From assembly GCA_032250835.1 (NCBI GenBank), contig JAVVEA010000002.1, forward strand, positions 1-64,000: a stretch of DNA of 64,000 nucleotides, in the 5' to 3' direction. A program made the position numbers and the translations under genes. The DNA comes from a bacterium. Its GTDB lineage: Bacteria > SAR324 > XYD2-FULL-50-16. This document shows positions 49,334 to 59,684 of the stretch, in pieces. Every line of letters begins with the position of its first letter. The first letter of the stretch is position 1. Below the pieces are notes generated by a model. It was not told where the DNA came from. It made no database searches and saw only the letters and a list, made by a program, of their open reading frames with translations.

Positions 49334-50983
49334 CTAAAAATTGTTTGAAATTTTCGGTCCATTATAAATCAACCGATTTATTTTTTTGTACAGACGCGCC
49401 TGTATTCGCCTGAATGGACTTTTACCCTCAAATTGTTCCAGCACCAAGCCACCTTGTCCTTTGATGCTAAGTTCAACTTTGGCTCGATTTCTGGGCACTG
49501 AAAAGTGGACCGGAATAACCACAAGCTTTTCGGTGCTGCTCCATTTTTCTGTACGGTCACTCTTCATTTCAAACAAATTCTGCCCTTCGAAGGTTACTTG
49601 GATTCCATTCGCTCCTTCGGCGTCATTAAATATTCGGGGAAAGAGGATCAAATCAAACCCGTCAAAGCCTTTTCCTGAAACTTCAATGGACATTTTTCCA
49701 GACCCTTGAAGCATATTGACTCCTTGAAACTCCCGATTTTTTGTCCAAGGATTCGTCAGGGTTCCTAGATTCAATTCCAATTTCCAACCCGGACTTTGGG
49801 CCTTCAACGACGCGGGATCAAGCACTAAATCGGATCGCTTGAACATCCGCAAATCACCGAGGTTTTTCTCATCAATCTCTACTTTCTGCGACCTCAACCG
49901 GATATGTTTTGCAATCTCTTGGGCAGCAATCTGGTGCCCCAATTTATTGATATGATGATCCACAGGGATATAGGGACTACCTAAATCACCGACAAAAGCT
50001 CCTCGGTAGGCGGGCAAAAGACTTAAATAAGGCACCTTTTTCTGCTCAGAAAACTGGGATAACCGAGTTTCAGGCCCTTGCAAATAAAACCTCATCTGCA
50101 TTTCGTCAGGAATCGAGAAGAGTAAAAAGGGAACTCCCTCTTGCTTGAGACGCAAATGTAACCGTTCCAAAGCACCTAAATCGCCATTCCAAAAGGGCTG
50201 AAACCTTTCAAGCTGGTTTTCGTCTAATAATTGTTCTAATGAACCCAGTGGGTTGATGGACTCGTCTACCAACAATTGCTCTAATTGGTGTTCTTTGAGG
50301 TAACTTGCGGCTTGTTTGTTGCCTGGAAGCTTTAGGTTGCCGTCAAACATGCCCCCCGAGCTAGCCATAAGTTGCGCCAACCAATTGTAAAGAGCTGATT
50401 TCTGGACCCAAAAAACCACCTTGTGCCAAGGGCTGTAGGGCTCCATGAACGGGAATCGTAGAAAATATCGCCCACGCCCTATTTCACCGCTTATGTCGTT
50501 CCAAAAAAACTGACTAATTACTAGGTCCGGTTTTAGCTTGTAGCCTTTAAGATCATAATAGATATATTGATCCAAAGCGTTGGTCTGGATGAGGCTCGAA
50601 TTGACAACCTCTACGGGATGCTGGAACTTGGCGGTCAGCAAATGTTCCAAATGGGTTGATAGTACCTCCGCATCATCAACCCCCCAACCCATTGAATGCG
50701 AATCGCCTAAGAGTAGAACTCTAATTTTTTCATGCGAGAGGTCTAATTCCTTAAGGCTACGAAATCCTTGACTATTGGTAGTGAACTGATAGGGCGATTG
50801 CAGCGGCAAATCAGCGTTCATACTAATCGAGGGCATATAATCACCCAGTAGATTCGAATAATAGTAAGCCCTTGGCGATACCTCGGGAACCGTTCGAATA
50901 AACCGGATGGCAAATTCACCTAGAGCCAGGATGAGCAATACGGCTAGTAGTTGATACACTATTAGCAATAACCATCGCTTCAT
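49334..50983 (-). CDS. Membrane-anchored SGNH/GDSL hydrolase-fold protein (AlgJ/AlgX-like acetyltransferase or esterase) with C-terminal accessory domain
   Basis: N-terminal TM, TNSQGFR, LLGDSHSMG, FWND, DHHINKLGH. Confidence 0.85.
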   Translation of the reverse strand: MKRWLLLIVYQLLAVLLILALGEFAIRFIRTVPEVSPRAYYYSNLLGDYMPSISMNADLPLQSPYQFTTNSQGFRSLKELDLSHEKIRVLLLGDSHSMGWGVDDAEVLSTHLEHLLTAKFQHPVEVVNSSLIQTNALDQYIYYDLKGYKLKPDLVISQFFWNDISGEIGRGRYFLRFPFMEPYSPWHKVVFWVQKSALYNWLAQLMASSGGMFDGNLKLPGNKQAASYLKEHQLEQLLVDESINPLGSLEQLLDENQLERFQPFWNGDLGALERLHLRLKQEGVPFLLFSIPDEMQMRFYLQGPETRLSQFSEQKKVPYLSLLPAYRGAFVGDLGSPYIPVDHHINKLGHQIAAQEIAKHIRLRSQKVEIDEKNLGDLRMFKRSDLVLDPASLKAQSPGWKLELNLGTLTNPWTKNREFQGVNMLQGSGKMSIEVSGKGFDGFDLILFPRIFNDAEGANGIQVTFEGQNLFEMKSDRTEKWSSTEKLVVIPVHFSVPRNRAKVELSIKGQGGLVLEQFEGKSPFRRIQARLYKKINRLIYNGPKISNNF

Positions 50984-52182
50984 CGATCCCCTTGGTCTGT
51001 ACCAGTCATTAACTTCAGTTCGTACTCTGCCACTTTAGGCCAATCATAACGCGGTGCAAAGTCCAGAGATTGCGTCACTACTGCTTGATACCGGTTAGCA
51101 TCTTGAAGTAGCTCCTGCACCTTGTTGGCAAAAGCATCAAAATCTTCATAGGGCACTTTGATCATCGCTTCAGGAAAAACTTCTTTGAAAACCGGCAAAT
51201 CATAGGCGACCACCGGTTTGCCGCAAGCCATTGCCTCCACCGCTGTCATCCCCCAGGATTCGTAATGGCTGGGCATCAAGAACACTTTGGCCGCTTTGAT
51301 CAAGCGCACTTTTTCGTCTCCTTGGACAAAGCCCAGAGGAAACACATTTTTTGCAAGCTTTCGATCCTTCAACTCAAAGTCCAGCCAATGTTTTACCTCT
51401 TCGCTGCCGCCGCCGATAATTGCCAAACGGGCCTCAGGGTTTCGCTCAACGACCCGCGACCAAATCTCGATTAGGTCAGGTAGCCCCTTTTGCGGATGCA
51501 AACGCCCCACAAAAATCCCTTCAAAACCAGGGGTGTCTGGGGTCGGCTCAATGGCGGCAAACCGTTGCACATCAACGCCCATCGGCACCGTAAACACCGC
51601 TCCAGGCGAAACACCGGCCTTTATAATTTCGCCACGGTCTTGGTCGTTTAAGACCAGACAAACTCCACCAGAACGTTTGATCAACCGAATCGCCCACCGC
51701 TGCGTGAAGTAATAGATAAGCCCCCGCAGGCTGGGCCGCTTGAGTTTCCCCGAATAATGCCCTTCATAGCCCCGCCAGGGAACCGGAGCGACCAGAAACA
51801 GGCAGATCACCAAACGGGCTTGGGGGTTTTGTTTGGCGGCACGCAAGCCAGGTAAAAGGTCAACCAAAAAATCCGAAGGGATATAGACCACGTCAATATC
51901 TTTAGCGAACTGGTGCCTCAGCCCCCGCAAAATACGGCCCCCGTAGATTCTTAGGACGTTACCCAAATGTTCCGATTCAGACTCCGTGGAGTCTAGACAA
52001 AAATCGTAATCCAACCCCTTAAGGCCTTGAGACTCAAACGTTCTTGCCTGTCTTTGAGGTAAAAAGAAGCTTAGCTGGTGGCCTTCAGCCTGCCATAAAC
52101 GGATCAACTCCACCGTGCGGACCTCGCTTCCGTCTCTATTTTGGGTGTTAACGCGACCCAAAGCAGGCATGAAGATTTTCAT
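50980..52182 (-). CDS. Glycosyltransferase family 4
   Basis: FVGRLHPQKG, PSHYESWGMTAVEAMACGKPVV. Confidence 0.93.
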   Translation of the reverse strand: MKIFMPALGRVNTQNRDGSEVRTVELIRLWQAEGHQLSFFLPQRQARTFESQGLKGLDYDFCLDSTESESEHLGNVLRIYGGRILRGLRHQFAKDIDVVYIPSDFLVDLLPGLRAAKQNPQARLVICLFLVAPVPWRGYEGHYSGKLKRPSLRGLIYYFTQRWAIRLIKRSGGVCLVLNDQDRGEIIKAGVSPGAVFTVPMGVDVQRFAAIEPTPDTPGFEGIFVGRLHPQKGLPDLIEIWSRVVERNPEARLAIIGGGSEEVKHWLDFELKDRKLAKNVFPLGFVQGDEKVRLIKAAKVFLMPSHYESWGMTAVEAMACGKPVVAYDLPVFKEVFPEAMIKVPYEDFDAFANKVQELLQDANRYQAVVTQSLDFAPRYDWPKVAEYELKLMTGTDQGDR

Positions 52183-53354
52183 AAATCACCCCGGTAGATC
52201 GCTTCTACCTGATCGATCACTCGCTCCCAATTTAAATCCCCTTCAGCCAGTTTTCGGGCCGCCTCGCCTAAGTTAGCCGACATTTGGGGTTCACTAAATA
52301 TCCTCAACATATTTTTGCCCAAGGCAGCAGCATCGCTGGGCGGTGAGACCAGGCCTGCTTGATACTGCTCAAGATAGCGCTTCACCTCGCCGACCGCGTT
52401 CGAAAGTATCGGACGGGCCGCGCAAAGGTAATCTCCAAAACGCATCGGGAAGCGGGCCCATTCTATGGGGTTGTCTTCCATGGGTAGAATCAACCCGTCT
52501 GCCACAGCCAGCCATTGAGGCACCTGAGCAAAGGGGCGCTTGCCTAGACGCTCGACCCGGTGGCTCACCCGGTCGTATTGGGCTTGATATTCAGGGGGGA
52601 CTGGAGCTTCGCCTAGCAGATACAGGTAGATTTCTGGGTCTTGTTGTAGAGCCTGCTCAAATGCTTGCAGCATCAACACCAAGCTTTCGGTATAGGTGTT
52701 GGCCATCGACAGAAGAATCTTACGTTCCTGGGGCACCTTTAATTGCCCGCGCGCTTCTGAGCGATCCAGGGGCAAAATCTCTTGTGCATTGGCTCCGTTT
52801 GGGATCTGACTTCTCGCAATCTCCGAAATGGCCGGGTATTTCTGAGCCGCTTGATCTATCTCCTGAGCAATCTTCTCAGAAACGTAGGTGATATGGTCGG
52901 CGTATTGCAAAAAATAACGCTCGTGCCACCCCAAAACCTTGGCAATCAACCCGCTGTGCTCTTCGGCGAACCCTCCGCCCCAAAGGTCATCCCAGTCAAT
53001 AATCAAGCGCTTGTGCCGGACCATCTTGGCCACCCAAGCCGGGACCGCTATCTGCGTTTGGGCAACCGTAAAAGCATGACACACGTCGTAGCGGCCCAGT
53101 AGGACTTGAGCCAAGGCAGGGAAGGTGCGGAACAATTGACCACTAAAAAACTGGTGGTATTTGATGCGGGGCAGGGTCACCAAGGTCAACCCCGGCTCTA
53201 CACTCCGCCACTTCATCAAAGGATCGAAGGTCGACCCTGAAGCGCACAGGAGCGTTACTTGATGCCCACGCCGCGCAAGATGCTTGGCGTGGAACAAACA
53301 GCGGTAGAAGGTGCCGAAGTTTTCCTGATTGTGGTTGAGAATCAGGATTCTCAA
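52179..53354 (-). CDS. Glycosyltransferase family 4-like
   Basis: IDWDDLW, IPNGAN, RFPMRFGDYL, LNW. Confidence 0.87.
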   Translation of the reverse strand: MRILILNHNQENFGTFYRCLFHAKHLARRGHQVTLLCASGSTFDPLMKWRSVEPGLTLVTLPRIKYHQFFSGQLFRTFPALAQVLLGRYDVCHAFTVAQTQIAVPAWVAKMVRHKRLIIDWDDLWGGGFAEEHSGLIAKVLGWHERYFLQYADHITYVSEKIAQEIDQAAQKYPAISEIARSQIPNGANAQEILPLDRSEARGQLKVPQERKILLSMANTYTESLVLMLQAFEQALQQDPEIYLYLLGEAPVPPEYQAQYDRVSHRVERLGKRPFAQVPQWLAVADGLILPMEDNPIEWARFPMRFGDYLCAARPILSNAVGEVKRYLEQYQAGLVSPPSDAAALGKNMLRIFSEPQMSANLGEAARKLAEGDLNWERVIDQVEAIYRGDL

Positions 53355-53355
53355 A

Positions 53356-54417
53356 TTATACCCGTTTGCTCATTTCTTCATGGATTTGGGACATAATGTC
53401 GCGCAAATCGTATTTGAAATCCCAACTGGGGTAATGTTCTTTGAATTTATTGACGTTGCTGATCCACCACATATGGTCACCAATGCGGTTGGTTTCCGAG
53501 TAGGTGTAGTTCATCTTCTTGCCGGTCATCTCTTCGCAGATAGCAATGGCCTCTTGCATGGAGCAATTGGAGTGGCGCGCTCCGCCCGCATTGTAGACCT
53601 CGCCAGGACGGGGGTTCTGGTAAAAGTGCCAGAACATGTTGACCAAATCCCAGGAGTGGATGTTGTCACGTACCTGTTTGCCCTTGTATCCAAAGACCGT
53701 ATAATGGTCCCCGGTGATGGCGCACTTCACCAGATAGCTCAGGAAGCCATGTAACTGGGTGCCGCTGTGCTTCGGACCGGTCAAGCAACCTCCACGGAAG
53801 ACGCCGGTCTTCATTCCAAAGTAGCGGCCATACTCTTGTACCACCACGTCTGCGGCCACTTTGCTGGCCCCAAAAAGGCTGTGTTTGGTGTGGTCGATGC
53901 TCATGTATTCGTCAATGCCATGGGCGTAATAGGCGTGGTCCTCGGCGACTTCCCATCGGGTGTCCAACTCCACTAGCGGTAAAAAGTTGGGCGTATCGCC
54001 GTAGACCTTATTGGTAGAACAATGCACAAAAACCGCATCCGGTGCGTGGCGGCGGGTCATCTCCAATAAGACCAGCGTGCCATTGGCATTGACCGAAAAG
54101 TCCTTGAAGGGGTCGTTTGCCGCCCAGTCATGACTAGGCTGAGCTGCTGCGTGGATGATCAGCGCAATGTCTTTGCCGTACTCGGCAAACAGCCGGTCCA
54201 TCTGTTCTTCGCTACGGATGTCCTGGTTGTAGGATTTGAAGTTTTTGACTTGCTCCTCAAGCCGTTGACTGTTCCAACGGGTAGAGGCGTCCTCGCCAAA
54301 AAATTCGCGGCGCATATCGTTGTCAACGCCCACCACAAGGTCAAATTTATCGGCCAAAAACTCTACTGCTTGCGAGCCGATCAGCCCCCCTGAACCCGTT
54401 ACTATTGCTACCGTCAT
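53356..54417 (-). CDS. NAD-dependent epimerase/dehydratase, CDP-paratose 2-epimerase (RfbE)-like, FxxxK variant
   Basis: [30 protein letters not shown]. Confidence 0.9.
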   Translation of the reverse strand: MTVAIVTGSGGLIGSQAVEFLADKFDLVVGVDNDMRREFFGEDASTRWNSQRLEEQVKNFKSYNQDIRSEEQMDRLFAEYGKDIALIIHAAAQPSHDWAANDPFKDFSVNANGTLVLLEMTRRHAPDAVFVHCSTNKVYGDTPNFLPLVELDTRWEVAEDHAYYAHGIDEYMSIDHTKHSLFGASKVAADVVVQEYGRYFGMKTGVFRGGCLTGPKHSGTQLHGFLSYLVKCAITGDHYTVFGYKGKQVRDNIHSWDLVNMFWHFYQNPRPGEVYNAGGARHSNCSMQEAIAICEEMTGKKMNYTYSETNRIGDHMWWISNVNKFKEHYPSWDFKYDLRDIMSQIHEEMSKRV

Positions 54418-55475
54418 CGCAACACTCCTTCCAAGATTGTTTCTTGTTCTTTAATCCAATGGGTGATCTCTTCAATAATCTGCTTGGGCCCAATTTCAGG
54501 CTTCCAGCCGGTCGCTTCGGTTACCTTGCGGTTATCCGTTAGGTACAAAGGCATGTCCGCAGCTCGATTTTCCGGTACCGCTTCTATGGCGATTTTATGG
54601 CCCGTAGCCTCTTGGCAAAGGCTGGTCAACTCGGCCAAGGAGACACTCACCTCGCGGCCGCCGCCCACATTAAACACCTGCCCATTAAAGCGGTCAAAGC
54701 CAGCCAGTTGAAGCTCAACCAAACGAAACAAATCTCGAACATGCAAGAGGTCTCGAACCTGTTTGCCCGTGCCACCATATCCGATGTAGCTTAGCTTCCC
54801 CTGCCAATGATGTTTGGCCGCCCACAGGACCACAACTCCTTGGTCAACCTTGCCAAACTGCCAAGGGCCGCACAACACACCACAGCGGTTGATGATCGCC
54901 TTAAGACCGTAGGCTTCGATGTATTCGTGGATAAGCAACTCAGAGGCGAGTTTGGTGGTCCCGTACAGAGATCGGGCACCTTCTAAGGGGAATTCTTCGG
55001 CAACCCCAGCAACACTGATGCCGGGCATGTTCTGCTGTTCGGCTAGCTCAAAGCGGCTGTCGGACTCAATCAGGGCCAACTGATTCATGGCAGCCATCGG
55101 GTAGACACGGCTGGTGGAGAGAAAAATAAACTTTGCTCCCTTCTTGCGGGCCAACTCCAAGCAATTGATGGTCCCCACCAAATTGGTGTTGATCACGTAG
55201 GCAGGGGAGCCGTCCCGACCGGCTAAAACCGAAGGCTCAGCAGAACATTCCAAAATACAATCAATTGGACCTAGGCTATCTAAGTCTTCTGGATTGCGGA
55301 TGTCTCCGTGGCGAAATTCAATTCCTGCTGCTTTGAGGCGCGAAATATTTAGCTCACTTCCGCGGCGCTTGAGGTTGTCTAAGGCAATGATCTCATGTGA
55401 AGGATCCCCTTCTTTTAGCAACAAGGCCAAAGATGAGCCGACGAAGCCACAACCCCCAGTAATTAAAAATCTCAT
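54414..55475 (-). CDS. NAD-dependent epimerase/dehydratase, CDP-paratose 2-epimerase (RfbE)-like
   Basis: [36 protein letters not shown]. Confidence 0.9.
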   Translation of the reverse strand: MRFLITGGCGFVGSSLALLLKEGDPSHEIIALDNLKRRGSELNISRLKAAGIEFRHGDIRNPEDLDSLGPIDCILECSAEPSVLAGRDGSPAYVINTNLVGTINCLELARKKGAKFIFLSTSRVYPMAAMNQLALIESDSRFELAEQQNMPGISVAGVAEEFPLEGARSLYGTTKLASELLIHEYIEAYGLKAIINRCGVLCGPWQFGKVDQGVVVLWAAKHHWQGKLSYIGYGGTGKQVRDLLHVRDLFRLVELQLAGFDRFNGQVFNVGGGREVSVSLAELTSLCQEATGHKIAIEAVPENRAADMPLYLTDNRKVTEATGWKPEIGPKQIIEEITHWIKEQETILEGVLR

Positions 55476-55536
55476 AGCCTACTGCTCCGGCGCCCAGAAC
55501 TTTCCTGTTCGGTACTAAAAATCGTTGAATAGCCTT

Positions 55537-55565
55537 AAATTAGGGGGCCCATGGTCTTTTGTAAA
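55537..55565 (-). promoter_or_regulatory. Possible internal sigma70-like promoter
   Basis: Minus strand TTTACA, 17 nt, TAATTT upstream of 55475. Confidence 0.45.
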
Positions 55566-55602
55566 GTCATTTCTGACCAAGCAGCAAGCCGTTATCCCAC
55601 TC

Positions 55603-58600
55603 CTATGGACGGAACATCAAAAACCCTAAATTATCACTTCCGCTGCTCTGTTTACCAACTCCCAAACGGCCAATTTGGAACCAAGGTTTGACTTCAACCC
55701 ATTGGTTGTTGAAAGACATTTTTTCAGGAGCAAATTCACTAAAATAGGGGAGCAAGGCACCTCCTGCAATAAGCGCATCCTCCTTGCCCAAGGTTTGTTC
55801 TAGGGCTTTAAAAAAGGCTACTGGGTTTTCAAACTTCTGACCGATTAGCGGCGTTATCTTCTCGGCATACAAAGCTCCCAGTGCGCTTTTTTCTAATAAT
55901 TCAAAACGCTGGGAGTCAAGGCGGATGTTTGTCCAGGCCAGGCTATTGGGCCACCAATAATAACCTGACATTTGGTAGCTTGCTAACTCCCCTTTTGCGC
56001 TCCACTGGGCCAGCCAGTCCCGTTGTTCTTGGTTGAGACTAGCACCCGCAATGTACGTTAGGGTTTGGGTTAATTCTTCTAGGTTGTAAAAGGGCCAATT
56101 TAGTCGGCTATTTATCCGAGGCCAATAGTAGCTAAAGCTAACCTCGTCCTGATACAAGCGCCGAAAAAGCTCAAGGGTTTCGCTACTCATTTTGAATCGG
56201 CCCGCATTTCGATCCAGTTGGATGGCCACTTCTAAATCAGGAACCTCAGCGAACTGCTGGGTTAATTCTTCTGCTGAAATAGGAATCAGCTTGAAGTTGC
56301 TTGATAAACCTAGCGGTTCTATAACCCCTACGTGGATCCTTTCTTTTAAGAAATACAAAGGAGGCCTCAACGACTGAGCTAACAGGGCTAGTAATTCAGG
56401 CTTAAGCTTAAAACCCGTCTCTAGTTCCAATTTGGACTGTAATTCCCCCAAAGAGCTGACCGGTTCCTTGGTGTAGCGGTCTAGAGCGCGCCAAAGAACC
56501 ATGGCCTGACTAAACTGCGGTAAAACCAGAGGAGAAAAGCGTATACCGCTGATACAGCAGTTCGATTTAGTCCGCTGGTCAAACTGTTTTTTATAGTTAC
56601 ACCTGGAAACGGGTCCGTCTTCGTCGGCTACAATTGGTTCATAGACATAGCCCGAACAGTTTGGGTCTGCCATACAACGCTGCTGACAAAGCTTGTGCTG
56701 GTTTATGGGCAAAGTCTCGGACTTATATTGTTGGTCGGGGATATCCCAATCAGGAAACACGGCAAACATCTCGAACAGCTTCTTTGCCTCTAGGGTTTTG
56801 GTGAAAACCTGTTCGTCTTTATATTTTTGCCCCGAAAGCGATTCCAAACTGGACAGCATAGCCTTAAGGTCTTGCCTTCGGGAGTTTTCGCTGCTCAACT
56901 CCAAATAGCCCGAGGGCAACGACTGACCTAGTCGTTCCAGCGACTTCCGATTGATTTCGAATCCGGGTAAAATGACCTTTATATCCGCTAGCAGTAGTTT
57001 CTGCTTATCTACTACCCAGGAACCTTGCTTTCGAAGGCGGCTATATGGATGGCTAGGGCTATACCGCTGCCAACTGACCAACTCCCCTTTTTGAAGCCCC
57101 ACCACATCAAGTGTGTATTGGCTATTTGCTTGCTTTTCAACATAGCGAGTGCTTAAGCCCAAAGGGCTCGACAACAGCAGCTCTCCACTATTTTCTTGGA
57201 GTAAAGTAGGCATGTCGTATGAGTTGATCAACTGGACTCGGTCTGCGCCAATTGCTTGTAAAACCAATTCCCCAAAGGGGTCTGAATCCAGCATCCAAAT
57301 GGTCTTTTTGCTTTGCTGTTCCGACTCCAGCCGGCTCAGAATCTGCTCAGAAAAAGTTGACCAGGGCCCCATCAGTTTAGCCAACGACTCTCGATTGGTT
57401 ACCGGAGACAAACCTGGCCGGTTATTGATCTGTTCCAATCCTTGCTTTTCGCGACTGGCTTCAAATAGCAGGCGATTGGTCATGTCCACACGCCGAAAGG
57501 AGGTGCAGCAACTGTTTGGTTTGATTTCGTTAACTTTTAGTTTCAAGTTGCAGCGAGAATGCCCATCTTTGTAGGTATTTTCTAGCGTTGCCCCCTGGCA
57601 ATTTTCACGGTCCCAACAAAGTTGCTGGCAAGCTTGCAAATCGCCTAACCCGACGACGATGCGTTCTAAGTCGCCACCAGGAATATCATAGCCCGGGTGA
57701 ACCGCTAGTGAAGTCCAAGGTTGTCGCCAGCGACCCGAGGGCTCAAGCGCATCTATAGCCGCTTCAAAGGTGGGGCGATCTTCGAAAGGACGTCCCACCA
57801 GGGGCTTGATTGCCTGCACAACCTTGTCCATCTGCGGGCCAGACAACGCTTCCAAGGTTTTCTCAGTGATTTGGTAACCCATCGGCGCCTCCTCACCAAC
57901 TGCAGGAATCAAAAGACGGCCTTGCGCCAAAAGGGGTGGCTGATCTAGACCTTCGCCCAAAACCACAAGTTGCCCGTACCAGCCCGATGCCAAGGGATAA
58001 GCACTATAAAAGATCGCCACCAATATCCAACTATACACGATGACCTGCGTTAGCCTGCTCCGTTTTGCATCGATGTGTTTGACGATCAAAAACCAGCCGC
58101 TTAAGGCTACCAGGAAAAAGAAAGGGACCAGAGAAAAGAGCAGATCAAAACTCGCCGGCCCAAAGAGCCAAAATGCGAGCAGGGTAACAACGATAGCCAC
58201 TAGGCCACCCGAATATAGCTGCCAAGCATGGTCTTCGCCTTGAACAACGCGCCCTCGCATCACTACCCAGGGCACCAAGAGTACAGGAACCAGCCACAAT
58301 GCATAGCTTAAGGGGAAGGCCTCCGAAATATCGATGATCGATTGGCTTTGGAAAAAAGACTGAGAAAAAAGACTCCCGATAGGGTATGCGGCCGCAGACA
58401 TCACGCCTAAAGTAGCCAACAAAAAGAAGCTCAAGTAGACACCAACGGCTTCTCTGCGCTTGGGGTGCCCAAAAAACAGAGCCTGCATGAAGACTAATAA
58501 CCCAAGGGCCAATGGAAAACTAAAGGATTCGGACCAAAAGTAGAGCGCCGAAAGATGGGCCGAAACCACCAACCATAAAAAAAGGTACTTGCGGCTCAAA

Positions 58601-59106
58601 AAGGCAATCCAAAGAGTTAGCAGGGCGGACATCGCCAGCAAGCTCCCCAGGATATTTATATGAAAAAATGAAATCGAAACTTCGACCCAGGGAATCCACC
58701 AATAGACCGGCAAGAAAACAGCAGCAGGCCAAACTTTCTTGGTGGCCAACACCAGCAGACTCGCCCCCAATAAGCCGGTTCCCAAAATTGCCGCTAAAAT
58801 AGAAATCAAAAAAAGTTTAGTCCCCGACAATTTGGTCAATTTGGCTGTCTGGTCGACGGCTAAGAGGAAGGCAGTATAACTTGGAGCGAAGTAAGTCTGG
58901 TTGTCACCCAAAGACGGCACTTTGAAACTAACGGTCCAGTCATGATACACTGCGCTTAGATGAGGCCGCGCGTTTTCACTAAATTGCGAAATAATGAGTT
59001 GGTTGTCTTTATACCGCTCATAATTTAGGAGCCCAAACCAAAGGGAGACACAAACAAACAGTAGGGCGGTCTTGAGAAAAAATTTGTAGCGCAATAAGTT
59101 TAACAT
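55603..59106 (-). CDS. Large polytopic membrane protein with two PAN/apple domains and helical repeats
   Basis: About 11 TMs in the first 370 aa. Two Cys-rich units D-I-P...C-x3-C-x5-C...C-x2-K...CC-x-S. Confidence 0.75.
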   Translation of the reverse strand: MLNLLRYKFFLKTALLFVCVSLWFGLLNYERYKDNQLIISQFSENARPHLSAVYHDWTVSFKVPSLGDNQTYFAPSYTAFLLAVDQTAKLTKLSGTKLFLISILAAILGTGLLGASLLVLATKKVWPAAVFLPVYWWIPWVEVSISFFHINILGSLLAMSALLTLWIAFLSRKYLFLWLVVSAHLSALYFWSESFSFPLALGLLVFMQALFFGHPKRREAVGVYLSFFLLATLGVMSAAAYPIGSLFSQSFFQSQSIIDISEAFPLSYALWLVPVLLVPWVVMRGRVVQGEDHAWQLYSGGLVAIVVTLLAFWLFGPASFDLLFSLVPFFFLVALSGWFLIVKHIDAKRSRLTQVIVYSWILVAIFYSAYPLASGWYGQLVVLGEGLDQPPLLAQGRLLIPAVGEEAPMGYQITEKTLEALSGPQMDKVVQAIKPLVGRPFEDRPTFEAAIDALEPSGRWRQPWTSLAVHPGYDIPGGDLERIVVGLGDLQACQQLCWDRENCQGATLENTYKDGHSRCNLKLKVNEIKPNSCCTSFRRVDMTNRLLFEASREKQGLEQINNRPGLSPVTNRESLAKLMGPWSTFSEQILSRLESEQQSKKTIWMLDSDPFGELVLQAIGADRVQLINSYDMPTLLQENSGELLLSSPLGLSTRYVEKQANSQYTLDVVGLQKGELVSWQRYSPSHPYSRLRKQGSWVVDKQKLLLADIKVILPGFEINRKSLERLGQSLPSGYLELSSENSRRQDLKAMLSSLESLSGQKYKDEQVFTKTLEAKKLFEMFAVFPDWDIPDQQYKSETLPINQHKLCQQRCMADPNCSGYVYEPIVADEDGPVSRCNYKKQFDQRTKSNCCISGIRFSPLVLPQFSQAMVLWRALDRYTKEPVSSLGELQSKLELETGFKLKPELLALLAQSLRPPLYFLKERIHVGVIEPLGLSSNFKLIPISAEELTQQFAEVPDLEVAIQLDRNAGRFKMSSETLELFRRLYQDEVSFSYYWPRINSRLNWPFYNLEELTQTLTYIAGASLNQEQRDWLAQWSAKGELASYQMSGYYWWPNSLAWTNIRLDSQRFELLEKSALGALYAEKITPLIGQKFENPVAFFKALEQTLGKEDALIAGGALLPYFSEFAPEKMSFNNQWVEVKPWFQIGRLGVGKQSSGSDNLGFLMFRP

Positions 59107-59684
59107 TCTTCCCCCCTAACTCCATTGAATTTCTTTGGGCCCAACAGCACCCACAGGACGGCAACCCAAAAAATGTACAACGCTTCTTTTAGGAGAAAAT
59201 CCCTCATACCGGCGAGATCACAAGACTCAGCGAGCAATGCCGACAGCAGTACAGCGATGCACAACACGCCCAGCTTTTGGTCATAGCCTAAGAAATATTT
59301 CTTACTCAAAACGAAAGCGGCAAAGATCGGGCCTGATAATAAGAGGAATTCGACGAGTCCATTTCCGGTAATCAAACTCCGACTAAACAGGAACAACAAA
59401 AAAAGCTCCCCAAGTCCGAGTCCCCACATCCAACCATAGGTTTTAAATAAGGTCCGAGGGATTTGCTCTTTCTTGAAAAAGATTAGTGCGATAAGTATGA
59501 ACCCCGTTCCAAAAAGCGCTAACCATTCCGCTTGGTAACTATTGCGAGAGGCTGCGTACAGCCAAAAGAGCCCGGCAAAAAGCCAACTGGGTCCGGCCAA
59601 CCCCAGGCGGCTGCTCTGCCCAGCAACACCCGGCGCTTCAGGCCGCAATTGGGGGGGCGGAGAATTCAACTCATGCTTTGTCAT
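59100..59684 (-). CDS. Hypothetical membrane protein (about 6 TM)
   Basis: Hydrophobic ORF overlapping both neighbours in the operon. Confidence 0.65.
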   Translation of the reverse strand: MTKHELNSPPPQLRPEAPGVAGQSSRLGLAGPSWLFAGLFWLYAASRNSYQAEWLALFGTGFILIALIFFKKEQIPRTLFKTYGWMWGLGLGELFLLFLFSRSLITGNGLVEFLLLSGPIFAAFVLSKKYFLGYDQKLGVLCIAVLLSALLAESCDLAGMRDFLLKEALYIFWVAVLWVLLGPKKFNGVRGEEC

